Assembly: GCA_964593455.1 (NCBI GenBank)
Contig: CAZQHK010000001.1
Span: forward strand, 22,708 to 86,707
DNA length: 64,000 bases
Reading direction: 5' to 3'
Source of the DNA: an uncultured bacterium
GTDB taxonomy: Bacteria > Muiribacteriota > CAYSPT01
The notes below the pieces were generated by a model. The model worked only from the letters and a program-made list of their open reading frames with translations, did no database searches and had not been told where the DNA came from. This document shows positions 8,575 to 18,510 of the stretch, one piece after another. Numbering within the stretch: the stretch's first letter is position 1; every line of letters begins with the position of its first letter. The position numbers were made by a program, and so were the translations under genes.

Positions 8575-10739
8575 TGAAGAAAAACAAGTTTATCCTTTTT
8601 ATTATCCTGGCCCTTATCGTCTGGGGAGCATCTCTCCTGCTGGATTACCTGGGAAGCTTTGAGCCTGTTGAACAGACCGTTACGTTTTGGCGGTACCGGT
8701 ACCGGGTAAAGCGCAACCCCCTGCCTCCTACTATCGATGGTACCCCTCTGGTCATGGTGGCGCTTGATGATAATTCTATGGACATCATCAACTCCTCTGG
8801 TAAAAGCGGCATGATTTCGAGAGAAATCCATGCTCGGGTAATCGATTCTTTAACCCGCCGGGGAGCGCGCTTGATTATGACAGACTTCTATTACCCCTAT
8901 GATTCTGACGATCCGGTTGCTGATAGAGCTCTGGTCAGTGCAGTGAAAAAGGCCCGGAACGTTGTTATCGGAACCCGGTTTGAAGACGTACAGGAATTGG
9001 ATCCACTTACTATGGATCTTGTCAGTCAGCGAACGGTTCTTCCTCCCTATAGCCGTTTGGACCGCGTGGCTGCTGGTACCGGTCTTTTAAATGTGGATAC
9101 CAGATACGCTAATATCGGTGGGGTCTTCCACGAGGCGTTGCTCGGGCTGAAAATCGGTACCGTGTTTCATCCGTCGCTGGTGGTGTCAGCGGCAAATAAA
9201 CTGAATATTCTTCAAGGATCAGTTGATGGACATCTCCAACTGTTGGGGAATAATAGATCCGTTCCTTCGGACGAGCGTGTCTGGGAAACTGCCGGTGATT
9301 CGCAGGTATCGGGAATATCGGCCAGACTTGACTTTGTCAACCCATTCGATGAACAGGGTCGGATTACTGCTCAGGAGGGATTCAGGTACGTGAGCTACGC
9401 TGACTGTCTCTCTGATTCTTACTGGGCAGAGGGGCTGCGCTTTTTAAAAGAAGGAGCGGTTGTTGAAGCCCGGGAAGCTTTCAAGAAAGAAACCGAGTAT
9501 TCAAATAATCCGAACGATTCGGCCGGTTTACTGGTTAAACTTATCGATTCCATGGGAGCAAGTCTTTGTGACTACATCCAGGTTAGCGATGTTGTATCCA
9601 GTCCTTTCCGAAAAGCTTTACTCGCCTTGCTCCAGGGTGAAGAACGTAATAAACCGATACAGCTTGGAGAACAACTCGCCGGGGAGAAAAGCGTGGTTGA
9701 TGGGGCGGTATGCCTGCTGGCTCCATGGTCGGAAACTTTCGGTGACCTGGTGCTGACGCCGCTTGGTAGAATGCGCGGAGCCTGCCTGCACGCCAACCTT
9801 ATGCTTACTCTGGCTTCCGGCAGAATGCTCTATGTGTTAACGGGGACGAAGGTCGGATTTCTAGAGCCGTTTCTCCTGCTTTTACTTCTGATACTCATTG
9901 CCTGGCTGCTAACCTGGACTGATTTACGGATAGCAGCCACAGTAGCGGTTCTCATTCCCATCTGTTTCTTTCTGGCTTCCTTCGAAATATTTTCCAACTG
10001 GGGTTTGATTCTTCGTACCAGTACACCGGTAACAGCTTTGGGATTCCTGGTATTCATAGGGACGGTAGCCCGATTTATTATTGAACAAAAAGACCGCCGC
10101 CGGATCAAACGTTTGTTCAGCCGGTACGTGGCCCCGAACGTTGTTTCGGAAATCCTTCGAAACGCTGATATGTTGAATATGAAAGGCAAAAAAGTGGAGG
10201 CGACGGTGCTCTTTCTGGATATATGCGGCTTCACTTCTTTTTCCGAGTCTCACGCTCCGGAAGAAGTGTTTAAAAAGTTAAACACATACCTGGATATGAT
10301 TGTCGCGGCTATTCTGGAGAGCGGCGGCACTCTGGACAAGTTTATTGGAGATGCCGTCATGGCAGTGTTCGGAGCGCCCATTCCCATGAAGGATCATCCT
10401 GAGAAGGCTGTCCGCTGTGCTTTGGATATCAGGGACCGTTTGGATCGCTATAACCGGTCTCTCGGTGCTGATGAAGCACCTTTCAGGATCAGGATCGGAC
10501 TGAACAGTGGATTCTGCGTGGCCGGAAATGTCGGGACCGATGCCAGGAGCGAGTATACGGTTATCGGGGACACGGTCAATTTGGCCAGTCGCCTGGAATC
10601 ATCCGCTTCGCCACAGGAGATAATCATCAGTGAAACGACATATTCTTTCCTGGTAGGCGTTTTTAAAATAGAAGAACGTCCTCCGATTAAGCTTAAAGGA
10701 AAATCGCAACCCCAGAAGACTTTCAAAGTGCTGGGTTAA
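8574..10739 (+). CDS. CHASE2 sensor domain-containing class III adenylate/guanylate cyclase
   Basis: N-terminal TM segment, a ~350-aa extracytoplasmic region, then 3 TM helices (CHASE2 architecture). The C-terminal cyclase motifs are VLFLDICGFTSF, GDAVMAVFGAP, RIRIGLNSGFCVAGNVG and YTVIGDTVNLASRLE. Confidence 0.8.
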   Translation: MKKNKFILFIILALIVWGASLLLDYLGSFEPVEQTVTFWRYRYRVKRNPLPPTIDGTPLVMVALDDNSMDIINSSGKSGMISREIHARVIDSLTRRGARLIMTDFYYPYDSDDPVADRALVSAVKKARNVVIGTRFEDVQELDPLTMDLVSQRTVLPPYSRLDRVAAGTGLLNVDTRYANIGGVFHEALLGLKIGTVFHPSLVVSAANKLNILQGSVDGHLQLLGNNRSVPSDERVWETAGDSQVSGISARLDFVNPFDEQGRITAQEGFRYVSYADCLSDSYWAEGLRFLKEGAVVEAREAFKKETEYSNNPNDSAGLLVKLIDSMGASLCDYIQVSDVVSSPFRKALLALLQGEERNKPIQLGEQLAGEKSVVDGAVCLLAPWSETFGDLVLTPLGRMRGACLHANLMLTLASGRMLYVLTGTKVGFLEPFLLLLLLILIAWLLTWTDLRIAATVAVLIPICFFLASFEIFSNWGLILRTSTPVTALGFLVFIGTVARFIIEQKDRRRIKRLFSRYVAPNVVSEILRNADMLNMKGKKVEATVLFLDICGFTSFSESHAPEEVFKKLNTYLDMIVAAILESGGTLDKFIGDAVMAVFGAPIPMKDHPEKAVRCALDIRDRLDRYNRSLGADEAPFRIRIGLNSGFCVAGNVGTDARSEYTVIGDTVNLASRLESSASPQEIIISETTYSFLVGVFKIEERPPIKLKGKSQPQKTFKVLG

Positions 10740-10922
10740 CCCGGATATTTCACCAGTGTGCCTACTCCGATCACGAATTCACACGCATCTTCTGCGTTAC
10801 GCTCGGTCGCCTGTCCTCAGCGTATCACAACGGATACGCCTGCGGAAGGCTTGGTCGCATGCCTTGAAGCTACGCACGACTTCACGACCTCGTGACGGCA
10901 ACTCGTGAAATATCCGGGTTAA
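10736..10922. mobile_element. 187-bp MITE-like element with perfect 18-bp terminal inverted repeats (TTAACCCGGATATTTCAC / GTGAAATATCCGGGTTAA)
   Basis: Read directly. The left TIR is at 10736-10753 and contains the TAA stop of the cyclase gene. The right TIR is at 10905-10922. TTAA flanks both ends. There is no coding capacity. Confidence 0.6.
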
Positions 10923-11038
10923 GAGTTCAGCGAAACCGGTCGATATATCAGTGAGGTGATGAAGGATGATGATTTACCTGCTCATGTTTGCCATGCTGAC
11001 GCTGGTGCTTTATGAAAAACAGTTGATATATTAAGTTA

Positions 11039-12178
11039 TTACTCCGAACTTTCTTCCTGTTTTTCCTGGCTGGCTTTTAGTTTTCCCAGCGCTTTTTGAG
11101 CTGCTTCACGAGCCTGCGCGTCCTCTTCATTGGCGATGGCCTTCTCCAGGAACGGCAGCACCTCGATATCACCAGTTTCTCCCAGGAATAACAATGCCGC
11201 CCGGCGTATTTCGGGATCGGAGTTCTTGTGAAGAACAACGAACATCCCCTTGACGCTGGGAACACCTGATTCCGCCAAAACAACCAGCGCCTGTTGGGCT
11301 TTCTCCCGGACTTTTTCGTCTGCGTCCTTCAGCATTGCTTTCATCAGTGGGTCTACCGCCCGGCCGTCGTTGAGCTCTCCCAGGGCCTGGGTGGTATTGG
11401 CCCGGATAGTGGCGTTTTCGTTGTCGAGATACAAGATCAGGTCCGGAATAAACGAGGTTTCTCCGGTTTTCCCCAGGGCTTTGACCACGTTTCTTACCAC
11501 TTCGGGACTCTCGTCGGTCAGAGCTTCCATGAGTGGTTCAACCACGTGGATACCGCTGATTTGTCCCAGCGCAAAAGCTGCTGCCGCCCGATGCCAGACT
11601 CGTTCTTCCTCCAACAACATATCTTTGAGAATACTGATCATACGTAGTCCGCCATATTTGGCCAGCACCATGGCAGTCGTAGTTTTTACCCGGTGATGAT
11701 CGTCCTGGAGATAGGGGGTTAGTCTGTCCACCACTTTTTCACCGCCAAGCCGTTCCAGTGCCTCTACAGCGTCGCTTCTAACCCGGGGGTTTTCATCTTT
11801 GAGATGTGGCTCGATAAACTGCAGCATTCCCTCATCGCCCATTTTACCAACAACCCAGATCATCTTGGCCAGGACATCAGGATCTTTCTCCTGGACGATC
11901 AAATCGGTAATGGGACGGAGGATCTCCGGAACGTTGATTTTTCCGAGAGCCCAAACGGCGTCTCGCCGTACTTCCATTTTATCATTGGCCAGCAGAAGAA
12001 AAACGAGTGGTCCCAGAGCCTGGAGATCTTTAATGTCGGACAGCCGGTTCATTGCCGGAAGTGCGCGTTCGGGATCGTTGGAGTGGCAGTCATCAATGAG
12101 TCGTTGAATTTCTTCCTGGTCGATGTCCACTGCAACACCTTCTTTCTCCTGAAGAACGCCATCTGTGCTTGGCGACAC
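11039..12178 (-). CDS. HEAT-repeat (PBS-lyase HEAT-like) protein
   Basis: Tandem ~30-aa repeats of the form xxVRxxAxxALGxxG, for example NPRVRSDAVEALERLGG, HHRVKTTTAMVLAKYGG and SPEVVRNVVKALGKTG. It is a paralog of the protein at 51806..52909. Confidence 0.7.
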   Translation of the reverse strand: MSPSTDGVLQEKEGVAVDIDQEEIQRLIDDCHSNDPERALPAMNRLSDIKDLQALGPLVFLLLANDKMEVRRDAVWALGKINVPEILRPITDLIVQEKDPDVLAKMIWVVGKMGDEGMLQFIEPHLKDENPRVRSDAVEALERLGGEKVVDRLTPYLQDDHHRVKTTTAMVLAKYGGLRMISILKDMLLEEERVWHRAAAAFALGQISGIHVVEPLMEALTDESPEVVRNVVKALGKTGETSFIPDLILYLDNENATIRANTTQALGELNDGRAVDPLMKAMLKDADEKVREKAQQALVVLAESGVPSVKGMFVVLHKNSDPEIRRAALLFLGETGDIEVLPFLEKAIANEEDAQAREAAQKALGKLKASQEKQEESSE

Positions 12179-12260
12179 CAGGCTTTGTCTCTTAAAATCA
12201 TATCATTATACATGTATTTCGGTCAAGACGAGGCTTCTGTCACGAAGCGTACACTTCGGT

Positions 12261-14522
12261 TTATTTATGGATAACGGTACGGTTCCGTCCGGCGTTCTTC
12301 GCTTCATAGAGAGCTGAATCGGCGTATTCTATGAGTTTCTCTTTCTCCGAGATATCGGAAGTGGGATAGTTAGAGACGCCGATACTGACGGTCACATGAA
12401 GCTCATGTCCCGGTGGAGTGAAGGTATAGGTTTCTACTCTTTTCCGGAGTCGTTCGGCCAGGGTGTAGGCACCGTTCATGTCGGTTTCGGGTAGGATAAC
12501 ACTGAACTCCTCACCGCCGTACCGGGCGGGAACATCGATATCACGGACCGCGTCTCGCAGGATGTTGGCCACTCCCTTGAGTACGTAATCGCCGATCTGG
12601 TGTCCATAGGTATCGTTGAATTTTTTGAAATGGTCTATGTCGGTCATCATGAGCGACAGCTGACTGTCGTAACGAGTGGCCCGCCGCAGCTCTTCTTCCA
12701 GGCGGGTCTGAAAGTGCCGGTGCACGAATAATCCGGTCAAACCGTCCACCGTCGCCAGCCGGTAAAGCCGGGCGTTTTCTATTACTCCTCCGGCCTGAGC
12801 GGCTACGGATTCCACCAGGGCCAGGTCGTCTGGAGTAAACGATGATGTCCCGGCGCCGCGGAACAGGTTGATAAGGCCGACCGGACGCTTGTCGCCCAGA
12901 ATCATCGGTACGGCAATGAGAGAGCTAAATTCATACCGACAGTATTGCTTGATGTGAAGGGCGATACCGGGTTCGATCTCGTTGAGCTGAAATATAGCGC
13001 TCTTCCCGGTCATGACCGTTTTCCCCAAAGCTCCTTCTCCCACGGGAACGATGAACGAGCAGGGGGTTTGATCGGACTCATGTTCTTCCCGGTTTGCGTT
13101 ACCATATTGCACTAGCTCGGATACAAGCTCTTCTGTCAGCGGATCGTACATCAATAAAAATCCGCCGTCGGCCTGAACACCGATCACTGTGCGGTTTAAA
13201 AGCAGTTTCAACCGGTCTTTTCGCTCGGTAATCGAGGTCGAGGCGAGATCGCTGCTTATCCTGTAGAGCGTCGCCAAGCGCCGGTTTTCAACCCGCAGAT
13301 CCCGGTTGGCAAAGAAGAGGCGGAGATAAAGTTGATAGAACTTCACTATTACCGCCGCCGCAGCCGTACCCAGGAACGTGGGAATGAACTCGATTATAAT
13401 TCCACTGCCTGAAAAAAGACCCAGGGTGCCGGCAACTGTTCCTCCCAGAGTAGCCACGATCAGGCCTGAAGAGACCCAGCGGGAAAACCGTTGTAGAAAC
13501 CAGGCGGTCACGGTCGAGAAGGCCACGATAATGAGGAATGATACCGGGATCGGTAGACGAGTGATATGGTCGCCGGTAATGAGCGAGGCGCTGATCAAGG
13601 CGTGGATTTCCATTCCTCGCACCGGTTTCACCGGTCCGGAGTAGTAGTCGGCTTGTCCATAAGCAGGACCGATAATCACTGTCTTTCCTGAAAAATCAGG
13701 CCACTCAGCGCCGTTAAAGCTGGCCACTTCGGACAATTTTTTGAACCTGAAAGAAAAACTTTCCAGTTTCGTTTTCATTGTCAGGTAGTTAACCAGGTGT
13801 AATTTTCGTCCGTTAAAATCAGTCCATAGTGGAACCTTTTTATTCCCCAGGAAGATCTGTCCCTTTTCAAATCTCGGCTGCTCATCCAGGTAGGTAGCGG
13901 CACCGAGAAGCGACATAGAGTACCAGGGCTGTTTGAGATTTGGTCCCGTGTTTACCAGGGGAATTTTTCTGACAATCCCATCGTGGTTGATATCTTCTTT
14001 CCAACCGACATTAATATATCCCTGGAAGTTCGAGACGGCCGCCAGTTCTTCGAACGTTTCCACGGGAGAAAAAGAGGTGGTATCGGAAGAAGAAATTGTA
14101 TCGTCGATTCCGGGAAGCATACCGTTGAGAGAGGTAACCTCGGTAACCTTCTGGAGTACCACCGGTAACACCACCGGCTGGTTGTTCCGGACCGTTTCCA
14201 CCAGGCGGGCGGCTCCTTTTTCTTCAACTTTATCATCGATGAAAATGTCGAGACATATCGAGCGCGCGCCCCACCTAAAAAGTTTCTCGATCACGTCGGC
14301 ATAAATGCCTCTGTCTATAGGCCAATTGAATTCTTTTAGACAATCGTCGGTTACTCCTACCAGGATTATAGGGGCGGTGCTCCTGACATCCCCCCGCCAG
14401 CGGAATCGGTCGTCGATAGTTCTGACCTCGTACTTCTCGAACAAGCCGTGATAGAAAAGAGCAGCTGTGATGAGGCCGATGACCAGGCTGATAATCAGCT
14501 CGGCAGAGGCCAATTTCCGCAT
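12261..14522 (-). CDS. CHASE2-GAF-GGDEF diguanylate cyclase
   Basis: N-terminal TM plus CHASE2-like periplasmic region plus a TM cluster. A GAF-like region is present (GEGALGKTVMTGKSAIFQLNE). The GGDEF domain carries an intact GGEEF site (RYGGEEFSVILPETD) and an upstream DxxHFKxxND. Confidence 0.8.
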   Translation of the reverse strand: MRKLASAELIISLVIGLITAALFYHGLFEKYEVRTIDDRFRWRGDVRSTAPIILVGVTDDCLKEFNWPIDRGIYADVIEKLFRWGARSICLDIFIDDKVEEKGAARLVETVRNNQPVVLPVVLQKVTEVTSLNGMLPGIDDTISSSDTTSFSPVETFEELAAVSNFQGYINVGWKEDINHDGIVRKIPLVNTGPNLKQPWYSMSLLGAATYLDEQPRFEKGQIFLGNKKVPLWTDFNGRKLHLVNYLTMKTKLESFSFRFKKLSEVASFNGAEWPDFSGKTVIIGPAYGQADYYSGPVKPVRGMEIHALISASLITGDHITRLPIPVSFLIIVAFSTVTAWFLQRFSRWVSSGLIVATLGGTVAGTLGLFSGSGIIIEFIPTFLGTAAAAVIVKFYQLYLRLFFANRDLRVENRRLATLYRISSDLASTSITERKDRLKLLLNRTVIGVQADGGFLLMYDPLTEELVSELVQYGNANREEHESDQTPCSFIVPVGEGALGKTVMTGKSAIFQLNEIEPGIALHIKQYCRYEFSSLIAVPMILGDKRPVGLINLFRGAGTSSFTPDDLALVESVAAQAGGVIENARLYRLATVDGLTGLFVHRHFQTRLEEELRRATRYDSQLSLMMTDIDHFKKFNDTYGHQIGDYVLKGVANILRDAVRDIDVPARYGGEEFSVILPETDMNGAYTLAERLRKRVETYTFTPPGHELHVTVSIGVSNYPTSDISEKEKLIEYADSALYEAKNAGRNRTVIHK

Positions 14523-14525
14523 ATT

Positions 14526-15350
14526 CTAGGCGTCCCGTTTCCGGGGAGATTGGGAATCCGGGGCCGTTGTTCGTGATGAAATTTCAATGGTCAATGGCAT
14601 CCGGCGTTTATACTGTGAATTTTTGATAACCATAGATACCTTGTTGATGAAAGCGGGTTTGTATCCCATATTCTGCAATTCGGACATGGTGCATTGCCGG
14701 TCGATCATGTGGTAAAGCAACTGATCCACGGCTTCGTAGCTGAATCCCAGTTCGCCTTCGTCGGTTTGGCCTTCCCACAGGTCGGCGCTCGGTGGTTTAA
14801 GGAGTATCCGGTCCGGCACTCCCAGGTACCTGGCTAGTTGCCGAACCTGGGTCTTGTACAGGTCTCCCAGCGGTGTCAAAGCACAGGCCATGTCCCCCCA
14901 CAAGGTAGTATAGCCGAGCAGGTACTCGGTTTTATTGGCTGTTCCCAGCACCAACGCATTATGCTCGGCAGATTTATCGTAGAGGATTATCATCCGCTGC
15001 CTGGCAGCGATATTGCCGGTCCGGACCTGGCCGGCCTGAGGAACCAGGGCCAGATAAGTATCTACCATTGCAGTGATATCGATGATTTCACGGGATATAC
15101 CTAACGTATCAGCCACCAATGCGGCATCATCCGAACTGGTCGGCGAACTCGTCCGGTAGGGCAGGAGATAGGCCAGAACATTGTCCGCTCCCAACGCCTT
15201 GACCGCCAGAAAGGCTGCGGTAGAGGAGTCGAGACCGCCAGACAATCCGATCACGGCCTGCCGCTTACCGGCCTTACAGAACTCATCACTGATAAATCGT
15301 GTGAGTATCTTCTCGATGTCGATGCAGTCCAGCCTGAGGGCATCCATCAT
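14526..15350 (-). CDS. nadE: NH3-dependent NAD+ synthetase
   Basis: PP-loop motif SGGLDSS. Size 274 aa. Overall NadE-like sequence. Confidence 0.8.
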   Translation of the reverse strand: MMDALRLDCIDIEKILTRFISDEFCKAGKRQAVIGLSGGLDSSTAAFLAVKALGADNVLAYLLPYRTSSPTSSDDAALVADTLGISREIIDITAMVDTYLALVPQAGQVRTGNIAARQRMIILYDKSAEHNALVLGTANKTEYLLGYTTLWGDMACALTPLGDLYKTQVRQLARYLGVPDRILLKPPSADLWEGQTDEGELGFSYEAVDQLLYHMIDRQCTMSELQNMGYKPAFINKVSMVIKNSQYKRRMPLTIEISSRTTAPDSQSPRKRDA

Positions 15351-15373
15351 TTAGCCTCTGTCAACAGGAACGT

Positions 15374-15592
15374 TTAAGCAGTTTCTTCCTCGGTTTTGAG
15401 GTTGTATTTGCGCATAAACTTCTCTACCCGGCCAGCGGAGTCAACCCATTTCTGCTTACCGGTGAAAAACGGATGGCACTTGGAACAGATTTCTACCCGG
15501 ATTTTCTCTTTGGTGCTCAAAGTCTCGAATGTCGCGCCGCAGGCACAGCTTATGCTGCATTCGACATAATCGGGATGAATTCTCTTTTTCAT
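15374..15592 (-). CDS. rpmE: 50S ribosomal protein L31
   Basis: [11 protein letters not shown]...CxC...[13 protein letters not shown]. This is the zinc-ribbon L31 signature. Size 72 aa. Confidence 0.85.
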   Translation of the reverse strand: MKKRIHPDYVECSISCACGATFETLSTKEKIRVEICSKCHPFFTGKQKWVDSAGRVEKFMRKYNLKTEEETA

Positions 15593-15741
15593 TGCTAATC
15601 ACCTTCTTACCCTGAGGATATACACCAGTTGTCTCGCAAAAGTCAAGCCTGTCCTGAGTTTATAAACACTCTTCTGGCCACGTCTTGTCAACCGTTGCGC
15701 TGATTGATACAATACTACCAGTTACAGGGAGGTTGAGCCGG

Positions 15742-16107
15742 ATGGATGACACAAAAAGAAATGCATTAATATCATTTATGTGCGGAAAATTAGTTTTTGA
15801 GAATCTGAACCAGGCGATTGGTCAATCGGATGGTGGCGATTCGGTCGTTCACACCTCCCTTACCGTGGCCAGGGACGAATTAATAGTAGTGAAAACCGCT
15901 CTCGCCGCGGCGGGGTTGCCGTTCAGTTACATTGTAGAGACCAAGCTCACCTCGGTACTCGAAAAGGCGAGCGGCGGTGAGGACGAACGATTCACACATC
16001 GAGTCCGAGATGTCCTTGATAGCCTTGAAGGCATGAAAAATGAGCTTATCTCTCAGATTCTCGAATCGCATTTAAAAGTAATTCATATTATCGATTTGCG
16101 AAAGTGA
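15742..16107 (+). CDS. hypothetical protein (121 aa)
   Basis: ATG at 15742 is preceded by GGGAGG. The track ORF starts 57 nt earlier. No motif I can name. Confidence 0.4.
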   Translation: MDDTKRNALISFMCGKLVFENLNQAIGQSDGGDSVVHTSLTVARDELIVVKTALAAAGLPFSYIVETKLTSVLEKASGGEDERFTHRVRDVLDSLEGMKNELISQILESHLKVIHIIDLRK

Positions 16108-16134
16108 TGTTGAACCCTCGTTCGATATCAGAAA

Positions 16135-18429
16135 CTATGATTCGCGGTAGACGGTGAGGATAGTAATGTCATCGAACTGAGGAGCATTCTGGCTATGGTC
16201 GGTGACGAACTTAACCAGCAAGTCAACGGCTCTCTGGGCTGATTGTGGATTTTTCTGCAACAGTAGTCTCTCTATTTTTTCCCTGTCCAAACGATTCTTT
16301 TTCTCATCATGAGCATCTGTGAGGCCATCGGTGTAGACTACCAGCAGATCGTTCGGTTCCAGTATCACCGTCTTTTGCTTCAGAATACTTTCCTCGAAGA
16401 TACCCAGCATAAGCCCTTTTGATTCCAGTAATTCAATCCGCCGGTCCCGGCGCAGGAGAATTGCCGGTTCGTGTCCGGCGGAGACATATGTTAGTTTCCC
16501 GGTCTTCTGGTCGAGTATCCCCAGGAACATGGTGACAAACATGGTGGAATCGGGATCGAGATCGAAGAGAAAACGATTTGTCTTGGCCCCGATGGTTCTT
16601 GGTGAACGGTACCTGGCACAGAGAGCCTTTATGTGACTGAGGACTAGAGCCGAGTAGAAAGCAGCGGGAATGCCTTTTCCGGTGACATCTGCTATGAGCA
16701 CTGCTAGTCGACCGTCGGGGAGCACGAATATGTCGTAGAAATCGCCTCCCATTTCTCGCGCCGGCCGGTTGTAAGCGACGACCTGAATATCTTTTGTGCG
16801 GGGAAAACTTCGGGGGAGAATGCTTTTCTGCAAACCGGCGGCTATTTTCAGTTCATTTTCCACCTGCTGCGCGTATACCAGATGCTTGGTAAGCTCGAAC
16901 TTTTCCATGGATTTGGATATTTGACTGGCCAAAAATTCGAGCAGTTTCAGGTCTTCAGAGTTGAAATCATCACCGGAAATCTTGTCGGTTGCATTGACGA
17001 TAGCCACGATGTGTCCCTCGAGATAGACCGGCACCGATACGAAAGAGTGTGTCCGGTAACGAGTGGTTTCTTCGGCGAACAGATCCTCGCGTTTGTTTTC
17101 GTCGGTCACCAGCAGTGGACTGCCGGTTTCCAGTATATAGCTGGTCACCTTACCGCGGACCTGAAGTTTTGTGCTTGAGTTGCTCTTATGGTTGATGATT
17201 TTACGGGAACCTCTGACCAGGATATCGGTATTATCTCTTTCTCCCAGGAGCAGGACACTACTCTTGTCACACATCATGACGGTAACTACCAGGTCGGTAA
17301 CCATCATCAGCAATTCTTCCAGTACCAGTGTTTCCCTGATTTTCTCGTCGGCCGTGTAGATGGCGGAAATCTCTGTTTCCCGGCGGGTGAGATCGGTTCT
17401 GGTCTCCTCTAATTCTTCCCTCAGCTTGAAGAGATGGTCTCGGAGAAGGTTTGTCTTCTGGGACATCTGCTCGACCAGGAAACTATCTTCCATCCAGTTG
17501 GGCGAGCGTTTTTGTTGTCTCGAAAAGGCGGTTTCGATAACGTTCACCAGTCTGGCGGCGCAATCGAGATCATCCCGAGTAAACTGTTGATGATTTTCTT
17601 TATCAGTGGCATTGATAATGGCCATTGTCCGTTTGCCGATAGTTACTGGAAGGGAGATAAACGATGGGGTATGATAGTAGATCTTGTTCTTGCGATAAAA
17701 TCGTCGATCGGTCTCTATATTCTTGACCAGAATAGGCTCGGAGTGATCAAGGATATAGGTAGTGACCTGTCCCCGTTCTTTCAGGCGGACCGTTACCGGT
17801 TCGTAGCTGGTGCTGGTGTCCCGAAGCATAATGAGCACATCTTCATGTGATTTTTCAGGTAGAATGACGGACACTTTCTCGCAACCGAGCATTGTTTTCA
17901 GCACCCGTAGAAACACCGTGATAAAAAGCTCCGAGAGCTTACTCTGTTCCACAAGGCCGGTGTGTTCGGTCATGAGAACGGCTTGTGCCAAATGCATGAT
18001 GAGAGCGGTTGCCCGTTTATCGTCCGTCGGAAACCGTTGAGCAGGCCAGGCGGATAAACCGAAGTTGGTAAGTGCTAAATGTTCCATGGTGGAGTGGATG
18101 GTTCTGTCAATTTCCACGGGTGACGCGTCCAGGGGAAGAGCGGCCCAGGCCATGGTGTTCAGCGCCTCGATGGCATGTAAACGGGTCTCATGGTCATACA
18201 GGGTGATAACTGCCGAAAGCGGAGACACCTCGCGAATAATGCTTAAATACCTGGCAAAGTCGGGCAAACGACTGTCAATAAGAACGCAGGAGAAAAAATC
18301 CTGATACAGCCAATCCGGCAGTTGTGGTCCCGGTGATAGGCTGACGATCTTACCCCTGCTTTCTTTCAAGTGGGTCCCGAAGTGTTCGGGCACCTTATCA
18401 TCGGCGGTTATGACAAGCAGGTTAATCAC
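16135..18429 (-). CDS. REC-like/GAF/GAF/PP2C (RsbU/SpoIIE-family) serine phosphatase
   Basis: Two GAF-like regions are separated by a coiled coil. The C-terminal PP2C motifs are GGDFYDIFVLPDGRLAVLIADVTGKGIPAA and VVYTDGLTDAHDE. Confidence 0.7.
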   Translation of the reverse strand: MINLLVITADDKVPEHFGTHLKESRGKIVSLSPGPQLPDWLYQDFFSCVLIDSRLPDFARYLSIIREVSPLSAVITLYDHETRLHAIEALNTMAWAALPLDASPVEIDRTIHSTMEHLALTNFGLSAWPAQRFPTDDKRATALIMHLAQAVLMTEHTGLVEQSKLSELFITVFLRVLKTMLGCEKVSVILPEKSHEDVLIMLRDTSTSYEPVTVRLKERGQVTTYILDHSEPILVKNIETDRRFYRKNKIYYHTPSFISLPVTIGKRTMAIINATDKENHQQFTRDDLDCAARLVNVIETAFSRQQKRSPNWMEDSFLVEQMSQKTNLLRDHLFKLREELEETRTDLTRRETEISAIYTADEKIRETLVLEELLMMVTDLVVTVMMCDKSSVLLLGERDNTDILVRGSRKIINHKSNSSTKLQVRGKVTSYILETGSPLLVTDENKREDLFAEETTRYRTHSFVSVPVYLEGHIVAIVNATDKISGDDFNSEDLKLLEFLASQISKSMEKFELTKHLVYAQQVENELKIAAGLQKSILPRSFPRTKDIQVVAYNRPAREMGGDFYDIFVLPDGRLAVLIADVTGKGIPAAFYSALVLSHIKALCARYRSPRTIGAKTNRFLFDLDPDSTMFVTMFLGILDQKTGKLTYVSAGHEPAILLRRDRRIELLESKGLMLGIFEESILKQKTVILEPNDLLVVYTDGLTDAHDEKKNRLDREKIERLLLQKNPQSAQRAVDLLVKFVTDHSQNAPQFDDITILTVYRES

Positions 18430-18510
18430 GATTTAACTATACCATCAGGCCAAACTCTTGAAAAGAGAAACAATAGTAAAAGTTTCCCCTCTAGATGTCG
18501 AAATAGATAT

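Noticed and set aside
10923-11038. A 21-aa hydrophobic mini-ORF (MMIYLLMFAMLTLVLYEKQLIY) after the MITE
   Set aside because: It has an RBS-like GAGG upstream. It is too short and unsupported to call, and could be chance in AT-rich spacer.
12179-12260. Hairpin CGAAG-cgtaca-CTTCG followed by GTTTATTTAT on the + strand
   Set aside because: It is oriented as a terminator for the + strand, but no + strand gene ends upstream. On the minus strand it lacks a U-run. It may be fortuitous.
18370-18510. Upstream ATG for T9SS paralog A, and the track start 21092 for paralog B
   Set aside because: Using them forces 60-nt and 130-nt overlaps with neighbouring genes. The downstream starts give the hydrophobic N-termini expected for secreted proteins. 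This remains uncertain.
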